Positions 20,242 through 31,054 of a DNA stretch of 64,000 bases are shown here, piece by piece (the stretch's first letter is position 1; each line of letters begins with the position of its first letter). Below the pieces are notes generated by a model, which searched no databases, was not told the origin of the DNA, and was given only the letters and a program-made list of their open reading frames with translations. The position numbers were made by a program, and so were the translations under genes. This stretch comes from a bacterium (lineage in GTDB: Bacteria; Patescibacteriota; Minisyncoccia; Phycocordibacterales; UBA6899), in NCBI GenBank assembly GCA_043743715.1, contig JAYTWK010000015.1, positions 6,576 through 70,575 on the forward strand. Reading direction: 5' to 3'.

Positions 20242-20676
20242 ATGGGTAAGAAACGAATAGTAAAGAAGGCAGGTGGGTCCGTGGACCAAGGGCTTAAGGC
20301 GCGGTCGCTTTCGCGCGTGCCAAAGAAGCGTATTATCCACGGAGTTTTAAACATCCAATCGACCTACAATAACACTATCGTCTCCTTGGCAGACGCAGAA
20401 GGAAAGGTACTGATGTGGTCCACCTCCGGATCACTTGGTTTCTCGGGTGCAAAGAAAGGTACCCCGTTTGCAGCCGCTAAAATAGGCGAGCTCCTCGCTG
20501 AAAAAGCCATGCTCATGGGACTCAAGTCAGTGGACGCTGTCGTCCGCGGAGTAGGGAGTGGTCGTGAGTCTGCCATCCGCGCATTCATCGCAAAAGGCGT
20601 CGAGATTCAATCTATAAAAGACAAGACCCCGGTTCCGCATAACGGCCCCCGTGCACGTAAGCCTCGCCGCATTTAA
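20242..20676 (+). CDS. rpsK: 30S ribosomal protein S11
   Basis: STYNNTIV, KKGTPFAA, TPVPHNG. Confidence 0.97.
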   Translation: MGKKRIVKKAGGSVDQGLKARSLSRVPKKRIIHGVLNIQSTYNNTIVSLADAEGKVLMWSTSGSLGFSGAKKGTPFAAAKIGELLAEKAMLMGLKSVDAVVRGVGSGRESAIRAFIAKGVEIQSIKDKTPVPHNGPRARKPRRI

Positions 20677-20704
20677 TCACCACTACATTTAATCTAAGAA
20701 CACT

Positions 20705-21334
20705 ATGTCCGATCCAAAATGTAAAGTATGTCGACGCGCAGGCGAAAAACTCTTCTTGAAAGCAGAGAAGTGTTTTACACCTAAGTGTATTTTTGAAAAA
20801 CGCCCCACCCCTCCGGGCAAACCCCAGAACGAGCGCAAGCATCGCAGTAACCTGACCGAGTATGGTATCCAGCTCAAAGAGAAGCAGAAGATTCGCAATG
20901 TCTACGGACTCTCTGAGAAACAATTTGCAAAGTATGTAATGGAAGCGACTGACAAAAAGGGAGGCAATCCTGTCGACTCTCTGTTTGAGAAACTTGAGCG
21001 CCGCCTTGATAACGTAGTCTACCGCCTCGGATTCGCAAGGAGCCGCACCATGGCACGCCAAATGGTCGGACACGGGCACTTCGTCGTTGGCAAGCGCAAG
21101 CTCACTATCCCTTCATATCAGGTTAGAAACGATGACATGATTACCGTTCGTGAGGGAAGCCGTGTCTCTCCGATGTTCACCGGAGCTTCCGAAAAACTGA
21201 GCAAGCATGCAACTCCTGCCTGGATGATCACCGACCCAACCAAACTGACCGCAACAGTGAAAGGAACTCCAAAGTTCGACAAGAATGAGATGGGTTTCAA
21301 CTTTCAGTCAGTCATCGAGTTCTACAGTCGCTAA
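20705..21334 (+). CDS. rpsD: 30S ribosomal protein S4
   Basis: CKVCRR, QLKEKQK, LERRLDNVVYR, VIEFYSR. Confidence 0.97.
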   Translation: MSDPKCKVCRRAGEKLFLKAEKCFTPKCIFEKRPTPPGKPQNERKHRSNLTEYGIQLKEKQKIRNVYGLSEKQFAKYVMEATDKKGGNPVDSLFEKLERRLDNVVYRLGFARSRTMARQMVGHGHFVVGKRKLTIPSYQVRNDDMITVREGSRVSPMFTGASEKLSKHATPAWMITDPTKLTATVKGTPKFDKNEMGFNFQSVIEFYSR

Positions 21335-21414
21335 TATTTGAAAATTTTATTAAGTACTACTAAACGCACCGGACGAAAAATTACGCCTTGTGCACAGTAA
21401 ATAATTCTATCGCT

Positions 21415-22389
21415 ATGCTTGATCACAACGTCGCCTTACCATCAAAACCGAAGCCAGTCCATGAGGAGGGTTTTATGGGCGTGTATGAAATCGAAGGACT
21501 CTATCCCGGCTACGGACACACCCTCGGAAACTCTCTCCGACGCATCATCCTTTCTTCGCTTCCCGGCGCTGCGATTACACAGCTCAAGATCGACGGAGTA
21601 CTCCACGAATTTTCTACCGTAAGCGGCGTCAAAGAAGACGTCATCACCCTCATTCTGAACCTCAAGAAAGTGCGCTTTAAGATGCTCACGGACGAACCTC
21701 AGACCGTCAAACTCTCTGTGAAGGGAGTGAAGTCTGTTTCTGCCGAGGACATCGAAGCATCAGGGCTTGTCGAGGTGCTGAACCCTGACCAGTTCCTCTG
21801 TGAGGTGACAGACAAGAACGCAACGCTCCACATCGAGCTGCGTGTCGAGATTGGACTCGGGTACCTTCCCAAAGAAGCTATCCAGAAGGAGAAGGTAGAA
21901 ATCGGCATGATTGCCGTCGACGCTGCATTCACTCCTATTCGCCGGGTGAACTACGAAGTCGAGACCATGCGTGTTGGTGATCGTACCGACTACAACCGCC
22001 TGAAAATCACCATCGAAACCGACGGAACACTTCTACCCCGCACCGCACTCGAGAACGCTATCGAAGTGATGATCCATCAACTCAAGGCCATCATCGGCTT
22101 TAAAGAGGAGGAACTCGTTCACGAAGAGATGCCGAACACAGAAGAAGGTAAGGGCGATACCGGAGAGGAGGGAAGTGAGGTAGATACCGAATTCCTTAAG
22201 ACTCGTATCGACAGCCTCGACCTTTCTGCACGCACCCAAAACGCACTCACCAGCGCGAACATTCGCACCGTAGGCGGACTGGTTCGCAAAAAGGAAGAAG
22301 ATCTTCTGGACCTCGACGGACTCGGTGAGAAGGGACTTCAGGAAATCAAACGTGCACTTTCGAACTTTGGAGTAACACTCAAGCAGTAA
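21415..22389 (+). CDS. rpoA: RNA polymerase alpha subunit
   Basis: GYGHTLGNSLRRIILSS, alpha-CTD LDLSART. Confidence 0.97.
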   Translation: MLDHNVALPSKPKPVHEEGFMGVYEIEGLYPGYGHTLGNSLRRIILSSLPGAAITQLKIDGVLHEFSTVSGVKEDVITLILNLKKVRFKMLTDEPQTVKLSVKGVKSVSAEDIEASGLVEVLNPDQFLCEVTDKNATLHIELRVEIGLGYLPKEAIQKEKVEIGMIAVDAAFTPIRRVNYEVETMRVGDRTDYNRLKITIETDGTLLPRTALENAIEVMIHQLKAIIGFKEEELVHEEMPNTEEGKGDTGEEGSEVDTEFLKTRIDSLDLSARTQNALTSANIRTVGGLVRKKEEDLLDLDGLGEKGLQEIKRALSNFGVTLKQ

Positions 22390-22404
22390 GGAGTTGCAGT
22401 ACTC

Positions 22405-22475
22405 CGTATATCGTATAGAGTATTGAAATCTCTGAACTGACATACTGCATACAATATACAAGATACTAAATACTG
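22405..22475. repeat. Inverted heptamer arrays upstream of rplQ
   Basis: CGTATAT CGTATAG AGTATTG ... CATACTG CATACAA TATACAA GATACTA AATACTG. Confidence 0.65.
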
Positions 22476-22481
22476 AATTAT

Positions 22482-22841
22482 ATGAGACACCACAATAAAA
22501 ACAAGAAATTCGGACGTCAGCGCGGAGAGCGCGACGCACTCATGCATGGCCTCACCGTGTCTCTCATCGAGCACGGCAAGATCACCACAACAGAGTCACG
22601 CGCGAAAGCACTTCGCCCGCGCATCGAGAAGATGATCACCAAGGCTCGCACTGCAGACATCGCAGGAGTCCGTATGCTCCGCGCACGACTCGGTAACAAT
22701 CGCGCGATCACTGAGAAGCTCGTGAAGGAGGTTGCTCCCAAGTATAAGGGCGTAGCCGGCGGATACACCCGTATCACAAAGCTAGGGGCACGCAGTCAGT
22801 CTGGCGATGCGGCTGAGATGGCAATGATTGAGCTGATCTAA
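22482..22841 (+). CDS. rplQ: 50S ribosomal protein L17
   Basis: MRH, KITTT..RAK, GGYTRI. Confidence 0.97.
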   Translation: MRHHNKNKKFGRQRGERDALMHGLTVSLIEHGKITTTESRAKALRPRIEKMITKARTADIAGVRMLRARLGNNRAITEKLVKEVAPKYKGVAGGYTRITKLGARSQSGDAAEMAMIELI

Positions 22842-22892
22842 ATTTTAAGACCGCTACTTTAAGACCGCTAAGAAATATAAAGAAAAATTATT

Positions 22893-23237
22893 ATGGAACA
22901 CGTTATTGACGCAAAAGGAAAATCTCTCGGACGAGTAGCGAGTGCAGTCGCTCACATCCTCCTTGGGAAAGACACCACTACGGTGAAGAAGAACGCTGTT
23001 GCGGAAGTTTCTGTGCGCGTCATTAACGCGAGCGGCCTTTCGATACAGGACAAGAAGATGACCCAAAAAACCTACCACTCGCACAGCGGATACCCCGGCA
23101 GCGACCGCGCAACTATGCTAAAAGACATCATCGCAAAGAAGGGTCACAGTGAGGCACTCAAACGCGCGGTCAAAGGTATGCTTCCTGGCAACACTCTCCG
23201 CGACAAGCGCATGATGCATTTAACCGTCGAGGAATAA
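22893..23237 (+). CDS. rplM: 50S ribosomal protein L13
   Basis: IDAKGKSLGR, HSGYPG, AVKGMLP. Confidence 0.96.
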   Translation: MEHVIDAKGKSLGRVASAVAHILLGKDTTTVKKNAVAEVSVRVINASGLSIQDKKMTQKTYHSHSGYPGSDRATMLKDIIAKKGHSEALKRAVKGMLPGNTLRDKRMMHLTVEE

Positions 23238-23241
23238 TCAT

Positions 23242-23718
23242 ATGGATACAGTAACAACACTAAAACCCGCAGAAAAAGCAGTAGAAAAAGCGAAGCCGGC
23301 AAAAGCTCCCAAAGTCGCTAAGGCGAAGGAAGCGTACATCGAGGGTATCGGGCGCCGCAAGACTGCTATTGCTCGCGTACGCGCCACCGTAGCCGCAAAG
23401 AACAGCTATACCGTGAACGGTAAGACGCTTGAGGAGTACTTTAAAACCCCACTCCTGTGCGACATCGTTACTTCTCCTCTTATGCGCGAAGGTTTCGAGG
23501 GAACATACACCGTTTCAGTAAAGGTTTCCGGTAGCGGCATCCACTCACAGGCAGAGGCAATCCGCCATGGACTCTCGCGTATCTTGGTTGAAGAAAATGC
23601 TGACGACAAATCTGAACTTAAGAAGCTCGGATATCTGAAGCGCGACTCTCGCAAGAAAGAGCGCAAGCACTTCGGACTCAAGAAGGCTCGCAAGGCTTCA
23701 CAGTGGTCAAAGCGCTAA
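23242..23718 (+). CDS. rpsI: 30S ribosomal protein S9
   Basis: GRRKTAIARV, QAEAIRHG, KARKASQWSKR. Confidence 0.97.
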   Translation: MDTVTTLKPAEKAVEKAKPAKAPKVAKAKEAYIEGIGRRKTAIARVRATVAAKNSYTVNGKTLEEYFKTPLLCDIVTSPLMREGFEGTYTVSVKVSGSGIHSQAEAIRHGLSRILVEENADDKSELKKLGYLKRDSRKKERKHFGLKKARKASQWSKR

Positions 23719-23760
23719 AAAGGAAGACTTATCTTTTTAAGGCGTTCACACCCCAAAAAA

Positions 23761-23793
23761 AAGAAGATGCCGCCTTCAGGCGGTATTTCTTTT
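23761..23793 (+). terminator. Terminator after rpsI
   Basis: GATGCCGCC-TTCA-GGCGGTATTTCTTT. Confidence 0.65.
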
Positions 23794-23827
23794 CTCGAGG
23801 ATATTTATTCGGTATACTAAGCTAGCT

Positions 23828-24451
23828 ATGCAAGATGATATAAAAAAGGACGAGGTTCAGCCCGTGTCCCCTGAAGTAGAAACAGGCGAACTTGACGATG
23901 TAGTTATTGAATCGTATAATGATGAAGAACTGAACGGAGGAGATATGACTGACTCAGATCGCATAAAAGATTTGCGTCAAAAACTCAAAGTAGCAGTCAA
24001 AGAAAAGCAGGAATATCTAGACGGCTGGCAACGCCTGAAGGCTGATTTTGCAAACTATAAAAAGCGCGAAGAAGAGGGAAAGCTCGACTTCATGAAATTC
24101 GCCCGCGAGGGCCTGGTCGCCGACCTCCTGCCGGTCTTAGAGAGCTTCCAAATGGCATTTGCAAACAAGGATGCGTGGGAGAAAATAGATAAGTCCTGGC
24201 GTACTGGTGTCGAGTATATCAATACCCAGCTGGTGCAAGTTTTAGGAAGCCATGGACTTACTGAGATGCGTCCCCTCGGTGAAGAATTCGACCCGAAGGT
24301 ACATACTTCCATCGGCCACATCCGTACCGAAGACGCGGCAAATGAGCACAAGATTGCCGAGGTCGTGCAGCCGGGATACGAACTTTCAGGAAGAGTCATT
24401 CGCTCTCCAAAAGTGAAAATATTCACAACCGGAGCAGATGACGCAACCTAA
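23828..24451 (+). CDS. grpE: Nucleotide exchange factor GrpE
   Basis: RLKADFANYKKR, FDPKVH, QPGY...VIR. Confidence 0.95.
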   Translation: MQDDIKKDEVQPVSPEVETGELDDVVIESYNDEELNGGDMTDSDRIKDLRQKLKVAVKEKQEYLDGWQRLKADFANYKKREEEGKLDFMKFAREGLVADLLPVLESFQMAFANKDAWEKIDKSWRTGVEYINTQLVQVLGSHGLTEMRPLGEEFDPKVHTSIGHIRTEDAANEHKIAEVVQPGYELSGRVIRSPKVKIFTTGADDAT

Positions 24452-24550
24452 GAAGATATTTCGCAGTTACCAGGATATGTGACAAGAGTCAAACAAAGAA
24501 ATATTTTCTTTTCAACATTGTATTATAAGTACGCTCATAATTAAACATAT

Positions 24551-26452
24551 ATGGCAAAAATTTTAGGAATCGATTTAGGAACAACAAACTCAGCGATGGC
24601 TATCGTCGAGGGAGGCGAGCCGCGCATCATTGAGAATGCGGAAGGTGTTCGCACGACTCCGTCGATAGTCGCTATCGCAAAGACCGGCGAACGTGTCGTT
24701 GGTCTTTCTGCGAAGCGCCAGGCGGTCACCAATCCAAAGAACACCATCTATCAGATCAAGCGCTTCATCGGCCACAACTTCGAGGAAGAGATGATGCAGA
24801 AGGATAAGTCACTTGTTCCGTTTGAGATGCGTCGCTCAAGTAACGGCGGTATCGAAGTCCAGATGGGAGACAAGTGGTATCGCCCTGAGGAGATCTCAGC
24901 AATGATTCTCGGCAAGCTCAAAGCTGACGCAGAAGCAAAGCTCGGCGAGACTATCACCGAAGCGGTCATCACCGTCCCGGCATACTTCAACGACTCACAA
25001 CGCCAGGCAACCAAAGACGCTGGCAAGATTGCCGGCCTCGACGTGAAGCGCATCATCAATGAGCCGACCGCAGCCGCACTCGCATACGGCTTCAACAAGA
25101 ACAAAAATGAGAAGATTGTGGTGTTTGACTTCGGAGGCGGCACGTTCGATATTTCGGTCTTGGAAGTCGCAACGGCGGACGGCGAGAATTCAATCGAAGT
25201 GAAGGCAACCGACGGTGACTCACACCTCGGAGGCAAGGATATCGACCAGAAGATTATCAACTGGCTGGCAGAGGAATTCAAGAAAGAGTCAGGTATCGAT
25301 GTCCGCACCGACACGCTCGCAAAGCAGCGCCTCGATGAGGCCGCTGAGAAGGCAAAAATAGAACTCTCGAGTGCTGTAGAGTCTGAGATCAATCTGCCTT
25401 TCATCACCTCTGATGCAACAGGCCCGCGCCACTTCGTCATCAAGATGACCCGTGCAAAGCTCGAGGAGCTGACACAGGAGTTCATCGACCGCGCAATGGA
25501 AATCACCAAGCGCGCAATGGCTGCTTCGCCCTTCAAAATTGAAGAAATCAATGAAGTCATTCTGGTCGGCGGTCAGATTCGTATGCCCGCAATGCAGAAG
25601 GCAGTTGAGAATTACTTCAAGAAGAAGCCGAATATGAGTGTGAACCCTGACGAAGTGGTCGCTATCGGCGCCGCTATCCAGGGAGGCATTCTCCAGGGCG
25701 ATGTGAAAGATATTCTCTTGCTTGACGTGATTCCACTCTCACTGGGAATTGAAACCATGGGCGGGGTTGCGACCAAACTCATCGACCGCAATACTACCAT
25801 CCCCGCATCGCGCTCACAAATATTCTCGACCGCAGCAGATAATCAGACCTCGGTAGAGGTGCATGTGGTCCAAGGAGAACGCCCGCTTGCAAGTGACAAC
25901 AAATCGCTCGGGCGCTTCATGCTCGAAGGAATTCCCCCCGCACCGCGCGGTATGCCTCAGGTCGAGGTGACCTTCGACGTCGACTCAAACGGCATCTTGA
26001 ATGTGAAAGCCAAAGACAAGACCTCCGGCAAAGAACAATCAATCCGCATCGAAGCACGTTCATCACTTTCGAAGGAGGATATCGAGCGCATGCAGAAAGA
26101 AGCGGAACTTCACGCTGATGAAGACAAGAAGAAGCATGAAGAGATAGAAGTGAGAAACATCGCTGAGAGCATGATCTACACTGCAGAAAAAGCACTCAAG
26201 GATAATGGTGAGAAAGTCCCAGCTGATATCAAAACTGATGTCGAAGAGAAGATCGCCGAACTCAAGAAAGTGAAAGACGGCACCGACACAGAAGCTATCA
26301 CCAAGGCATCGACCGCACTTTCGGATACAATGCAAAAAATAGGCGAAGCGATGGCAAAAGAAGCCAGCACCCATGAAGGGGAGGCGCCGAAAACCGATGA
26401 ACCAAAAAAGGACGAAGGTGAAGCACCGACCGGCAAAGTCCACGACGTATAA
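24551..26452 (+). CDS. dnaK: Chaperone DnaK
   Basis: [25 protein letters not shown]. Confidence 0.98.
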   Translation: MAKILGIDLGTTNSAMAIVEGGEPRIIENAEGVRTTPSIVAIAKTGERVVGLSAKRQAVTNPKNTIYQIKRFIGHNFEEEMMQKDKSLVPFEMRRSSNGGIEVQMGDKWYRPEEISAMILGKLKADAEAKLGETITEAVITVPAYFNDSQRQATKDAGKIAGLDVKRIINEPTAAALAYGFNKNKNEKIVVFDFGGGTFDISVLEVATADGENSIEVKATDGDSHLGGKDIDQKIINWLAEEFKKESGIDVRTDTLAKQRLDEAAEKAKIELSSAVESEINLPFITSDATGPRHFVIKMTRAKLEELTQEFIDRAMEITKRAMAASPFKIEEINEVILVGGQIRMPAMQKAVENYFKKKPNMSVNPDEVVAIGAAIQGGILQGDVKDILLLDVIPLSLGIETMGGVATKLIDRNTTIPASRSQIFSTAADNQTSVEVHVVQGERPLASDNKSLGRFMLEGIPPAPRGMPQVEVTFDVDSNGILNVKAKDKTSGKEQSIRIEARSSLSKEDIERMQKEAELHADEDKKKHEEIEVRNIAESMIYTAEKALKDNGEKVPADIKTDVEEKIAELKKVKDGTDTEAITKASTALSDTMQKIGEAMAKEASTHEGEAPKTDEPKKDEGEAPTGKVHDV

Positions 26453-26458
26453 AAAGAG

Positions 26459-26482
26459 ACGCCCCTCATTGAGGGGCGTTTT
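26459..26482. terminator. Terminator after dnaK (possibly bidirectional)
   Basis: ACGCCCCTCA-T-TGAGGGGCGTTTT. Confidence 0.8.
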
Positions 26483-26499
26483 GGCGGTAGCGCGCGATA

Positions 26500-26763
26500 T
26501 CATCGAAAGCTGTAAAAACTTGCGAATCCTCCCCACACTGCAACCACGGGTGTAAGGCGCAGTAATACCTGCCGCTTCGACGAAGCCAACTTGGTGCAAA
26601 TTGCAGCGATCGAGCGGATCGGCGCGCCGGGAAGAACGTACTCAAACAAGATCGCACCAAGCCAGTACAAACTCCAGAACACCGAATAGCCGACGGACCA
26701 GTGGCAACCGATCCAAAAACCGAACAAGCAGACGACGGTCATGGCGACAAGTTCTTTGAACAT
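26500..26763 (-). CDS. Small hydrophobic hypothetical protein between dnaK and dnaJ
   Basis: 87-aa ORF with two hydrophobic segments. Confidence 0.45.
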   Translation of the reverse strand: MFKELVAMTVVCLFGFWIGCHWSVGYSVFWSLYWLGAILFEYVLPGAPIRSIAAICTKLASSKRQVLLRLTPVVAVWGGFASFYSFR

Positions 26764-26912
26764 ATTTTTCTCCGAATCGAAGAACGAGAATCAATAGGAG
26801 TTTTATGATAGCATTCATTAGTATACTTGTCAAATTTAGATAACCTGCTATAATATTTGAGTTAAGCTTAAATTTACCTAGCTACTATTTCCTAACTACT
26901 ACCCACTGACAT

Positions 26913-27989
26913 ATGGCAAAAAACTATTACGAAGTACTCGGCGTCGAAAAAAAGGCGACCAAGGATGACATCAAAAAGGCATTCCACAAGCTTGCGCACA
27001 AATTCCATCCCGATAAAAAGGGTGGAGATGAGGCGAAGTTTAAGGAAGTGAATGAAGCGTATCAGACACTCTCTGACGAAGGAAAAAGACGCGAATACGA
27101 TACATATGGACAGACGTTCAATGGTGGAGGGGCACCTCCCGGACATGGCCAAGGATTCGGCGGAGCTGGCTTTGGAGGACAAGGATTCGACGGCGTTGAC
27201 CTTGGTGATATCTTCAACGATTTTTTCGGCGGCGGATTTGCTAATCAGGGAGGACAAAGAGTCGAGCGTGGTAGCGATATATCAATTGATATCGAAATCA
27301 CTTTCGTTGAAAGTGTCTATGGTGCCGCCCGTAAAGTGGTCTTGGGAAAGACCGGTGTTTGCGATGTTTGCAGCGGCTCCGGAGCGAAGCCGGGCAGCAA
27401 AATGAAGAAGTGCGCTACCTGTAACGGTAAAGGCAAGGTGACTGAACAGCGTAGATCATTCCTTGGAACCTTCTCGACCGTCACCACTTGTAATGTCTGC
27501 AGCGGCAAAGGCGAGGAGCCGGAAGAAAAGTGTAAGACCTGTGGCGGCTTGGGTATCACCAAGAAGCAAGAAGAGATATCGATTAAAGTCCCTGCGGGTA
27601 TTCAAGACGGGGAGATGATTCGCATGTCGGGGCGCGGCGAAGCGGTTGTGCATGGCATTCCGGGTGACCTGTATGTACGCATTCATGTGAAAACTCATGA
27701 AGTGTTTCATCGCGAGGGTGACAACCTGGTGATGGACCTCGATATCAAACTCACCGACGCACTGCTTGGTGCCAGCTACATGATTAATGACCTTGACGGC
27801 AAGAAACTTGATGTGAAAATCCCCGAAGGAGTGAAGTTTGGTGACATCCTACGACTTAAAGAAAAGGGTGCCCCTACTGCGCGCGGCAGACGTGGTGACA
27901 TTCTCATCAATGTGAACATCAGTATCCCCACAAAACTCTCGAGCAAAGCAAAGAAGCTACTCGCCGAACTTAAGCAAGAAGGGATATAG
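26913..27989 (+). CDS. dnaJ: Chaperone DnaJ
   Basis: HPD, G/F-rich region, four CxxCxGxG motifs. Confidence 0.97.
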   Translation: MAKNYYEVLGVEKKATKDDIKKAFHKLAHKFHPDKKGGDEAKFKEVNEAYQTLSDEGKRREYDTYGQTFNGGGAPPGHGQGFGGAGFGGQGFDGVDLGDIFNDFFGGGFANQGGQRVERGSDISIDIEITFVESVYGAARKVVLGKTGVCDVCSGSGAKPGSKMKKCATCNGKGKVTEQRRSFLGTFSTVTTCNVCSGKGEEPEEKCKTCGGLGITKKQEEISIKVPAGIQDGEMIRMSGRGEAVVHGIPGDLYVRIHVKTHEVFHREGDNLVMDLDIKLTDALLGASYMINDLDGKKLDVKIPEGVKFGDILRLKEKGAPTARGRRGDILINVNISIPTKLSSKAKKLLAELKQEGI

Positions 27990-28026
27990 TCATAATTCAT
28001 AGTAGTCTGTATAATTACACTGACAT

Positions 28027-28425
28027 ATGAATCACAAAGATCTCATTTCAAAAGGCGTCGAGAAATCCTTGGGAACCGTTGCCTTTCACCAAAATGGACC
28101 ATTCAAAAGATATGAGCTATTGCAAATAGATGCGGTGACCGGTGATGGGGGATTCCGCGTCGTTACACATATCATAAGCGAATTGCCAAAACTAGTGCGG
28201 CCATATTGTGAAGTACACTATCACGATTTTGATGAGATCAATCTTATTCTCTCGGATGATGACACGCTCGCATATCGCATCACACTCGATGATGAAATAT
28301 TCGAAGTGCACTCTCCATCAACAGTGTATATTCCGGCAGGAGTACGACACGCTGCAGAAGTGATATCTGGTAAGGGAGTATTTGTCGCGATCACGTTCAC
28401 AAAGGATTACAAAGCGATGCAATAA
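28027..28425 (+). CDS. Cupin-fold protein
   Basis: HYHDFDEI...VYIPAGVRH cupin metal-binding motifs. Confidence 0.8.
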   Translation: MNHKDLISKGVEKSLGTVAFHQNGPFKRYELLQIDAVTGDGGFRVVTHIISELPKLVRPYCEVHYHDFDEINLILSDDDTLAYRITLDDEIFEVHSPSTVYIPAGVRHAAEVISGKGVFVAITFTKDYKAMQ

Positions 28426-28426
28426 C

Positions 28427-29536
28427 ATGATAAAACCTAGATTCTATAAGAACAGATCCGCGCTTCCTCATGGAACAACATTCATCGACGCAACAGAAAG
28501 TGCGAGACGGGAGCTGTTCTTCATTGAACACCCTCATTTCAGTAAAACAGATCCAAAAGCAAAAGCTCCACTCAAGACTTTTCTTGCGCAGAAAAAAATA
28601 ACAACTTTAGTCTATTACCCGTGGCTACATACCGCTGTGGAGGTACCTTCGGAGGATATTTATTATCGTCTTCGCACCGCGCGCAACAGACATCTCATTA
28701 CCGAAAAAGAGCAGACGGTATATCGTAACACCGTCGTGGGAATTGCCGGACTTTCAGTCGGGTCCGCTGTGGTAGCGTCAATGGTCGCTACTGGTGGCCC
28801 AAAGCAGATCAAAATAGCTGATCCTGACTTCATTGAGATCACAAACCTCAACCGCATGCGTGCAACACTTCTTGATGTCGGAGCAAATAAAGCTGAGACA
28901 GTAGCAAAAGGGGTTTGGGAGCTCGATCCCTTTGCTGATATCGAAGTGTGGAACAAAGGACTACTGAAGACAGAATTGATCAAGTTTCTTATCAAAAAAC
29001 CGAAGATCGACATATTTGTCGACGAGATGGATGACATCGCAATGAAGGTGTCTGTGCGTTTTGCGGCGCGAGCAAAACGTATCCCCGTAGTGATGGCGAC
29101 TGATAATGGAGACAGCATTATCGTTGATATAGAACGCTTTGACCTCGAACCAAAGCGACCTATCTTTCATGGTAGAGTAAAACTGACACAAAAAGAAATG
29201 AAGCATATGGACAGGAGTCAGTTCATTGCACTTTCAACTAAGATCATCGACCCGACATATTTCACCGGCAAACAGCAGCAGTCGATTCTTGCTATAGGAA
29301 AAGAGCTTTCGGGTATCGCACAAATAGGGACCGCAGCGACCATCGCAGGAGCAGCACTGGCGTTCGTTGTACGACGCATCGCAAACGGAGACGAAATGCC
29401 TTCGGGAAGATATGTTATGGGTTGTGAATCAACGTTCATTCCAAACTACAACAGCGCAGGCGAGAAGAATAAGCGCAAACGCGACACAGTAAACTTTCTT
29501 AAGGCAATGACTGCACCGAAAAAGCGAGCGAAATGA
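28427..29536 (+). CDS. ThiF-family adenylyltransferase (Rv1355c/MoeY-like N-terminal extension)
   Basis: VYYPW...RTARNR extension; GIAGLSVGS, ADPD.IE.TNLNR, DEMDD..MK..R, DIERFD. Confidence 0.85.
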   Translation: MIKPRFYKNRSALPHGTTFIDATESARRELFFIEHPHFSKTDPKAKAPLKTFLAQKKITTLVYYPWLHTAVEVPSEDIYYRLRTARNRHLITEKEQTVYRNTVVGIAGLSVGSAVVASMVATGGPKQIKIADPDFIEITNLNRMRATLLDVGANKAETVAKGVWELDPFADIEVWNKGLLKTELIKFLIKKPKIDIFVDEMDDIAMKVSVRFAARAKRIPVVMATDNGDSIIVDIERFDLEPKRPIFHGRVKLTQKEMKHMDRSQFIALSTKIIDPTYFTGKQQQSILAIGKELSGIAQIGTAATIAGAALAFVVRRIANGDEMPSGRYVMGCESTFIPNYNSAGEKNKRKRDTVNFLKAMTAPKKRAK

Positions 29537-31006
29537 TCAGGAACGTTTAACCCAACGATGTTTCCTTCCCGGAACGGTATCTATCAAGCCGTGTACAACC
29601 AGTGAAATACGAGGGAGCGCTCGATCACCTAGGACAGAGTGGAGTTTCGCGTACTCGCTGTTGACGTGCGCTATGTTCTCGGCAATCTCTCTCGAAAGCT
29701 CGTCGACAAGCGCCTCGGAAGGCTTCTTGCTTTTTGCCAACTCAATAGTGACATCGAATTGCTGATCCATTTTCCCCGTATACGAAACGCTCATAGTGAA
29801 AAGTCCCGAGAGACGCGTCGCATACTTCGAATGTTCGAGCGCATACTTCAGGTTTTCATTATAGATGATTAACGCATAGAACGAGATAGCGAGGTCTTTG
29901 CGTCCAAACAAATAGATGAATGGCAATTGCCATTCATCGAGCGCGACACTTTTATCTTTGGCGAGCGATATGAGTGAAGTGTTACCGAGAATTTCGGCTG
30001 GCAAAATTCCGCCGTTGTCGCGAGTATTATAGCGAATCAAAGGAAGTCCTGCGTTTGCCGTGAGAACAATGGAATCTCCGGACACTACTTCAAAGTAGCG
30101 GGCCATGGGGTTGTATTGATAAAGCCCGGTTGCGCGGGTAAGGTCAGAGAAGTAGGGAGCATCGCCAGCGCATGCCTTAAGGTGACGACGCAAGAGTATG
30201 GACGCAGGGGTTTCGTGCGCAACAATTCCGGATTCAGCCATACCGTAAATATTTACCGAGCGGGAGAGCGGATCACTGTGTATCCCTGCAAGAGCAAAGA
30301 CACTATCTCTCCATGCTTCGCTTACCGCCTCGCCTGCAAAAAATAAACGCACATCCATATCTTTCCAGTTGATACCGTTCTCAGAGCCGTGATCAAGAAT
30401 ATCTTTGATGAATGGGGGGTAACCCGCGAGCACGACCCGCGAATACAGCGGCGCTAGTTTTTTAACCATATTGATTGTCTCGACTTTGTCGATACTCGGA
30501 GTGACGACGGTAATAGCGGTACCGTGCTCTGCTGCGAAGCGCACTGAGTTAAAGAATTCCATTCCGGCTATCCATGTCCCGAGCGAGAACGAATTCACAA
30601 AAAGTGTAGTGCCTTCATGTGCGCCAAAGATCTTTTCGTAGATAGGCTGGGTAATCTCGCCGATGATGAGATCCTGCGCTTCGCCACGTGGCCAAAAAAA
30701 AGGGACTCCCGTCGACCCTGAACTTTTTGAAACATAGGTTGCGCGAGTGAGTGTTCCGTCCCAGCTCAGCTCCTTGAGATCATATTGCGAAAAATAATTG
30801 ACCTTGTCAGTGAGTGGAACGCTGAGGAAATCCGATTCATTGCGGATGTCTTGATGTTTTATTCCTGCCTTTGTGAGGAAGTCTTTGTATGCAATTACGC
30901 GCTCTGCAGCCTCATGAAAGAGATGGAGTGCATTTGCAAATGCGGATTTTTCCGGTTGCCCGGTTGATTGTGTCATGCGGAGTTCTCTCTTTGGTGGGAA
31001 TTCCAT
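29537..31006 (-). CDS. Phenylacetate-CoA ligase (PaaK)-type adenylate-forming enzyme
   Basis: SSGSTG P-loop, AGYPPF, YGMAE, LIRYNTRD, GRKD; start could be 31006 or 30976. Confidence 0.85.
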   Translation of the reverse strand: MEFPPKRELRMTQSTGQPEKSAFANALHLFHEAAERVIAYKDFLTKAGIKHQDIRNESDFLSVPLTDKVNYFSQYDLKELSWDGTLTRATYVSKSSGSTGVPFFWPRGEAQDLIIGEITQPIYEKIFGAHEGTTLFVNSFSLGTWIAGMEFFNSVRFAAEHGTAITVVTPSIDKVETINMVKKLAPLYSRVVLAGYPPFIKDILDHGSENGINWKDMDVRLFFAGEAVSEAWRDSVFALAGIHSDPLSRSVNIYGMAESGIVAHETPASILLRRHLKACAGDAPYFSDLTRATGLYQYNPMARYFEVVSGDSIVLTANAGLPLIRYNTRDNGGILPAEILGNTSLISLAKDKSVALDEWQLPFIYLFGRKDLAISFYALIIYNENLKYALEHSKYATRLSGLFTMSVSYTGKMDQQFDVTIELAKSKKPSEALVDELSREIAENIAHVNSEYAKLHSVLGDRALPRISLVVHGLIDTVPGRKHRWVKRS

Positions 31007-31054
31007 AGTGTTTTGTATAGAAAGCATTATACTAAATATACTTTCTCTATACCA
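31007..31054. promoter_or_regulatory. Divergent promoter region shared by the ligase and the nitroreductase-HK genes
   Basis: TATACT boxes on the + strand (31028, 31038) overlap a TATAAT on the - strand (31031-31026). Confidence 0.5.

Noticed and set aside
24751-25560. 269-aa antisense ORF inside dnaK, and similar shadow ORFs in aspS, gltX and trpS
   Set aside because: Typical antisense shadows caused by codon bias in highly conserved genes.
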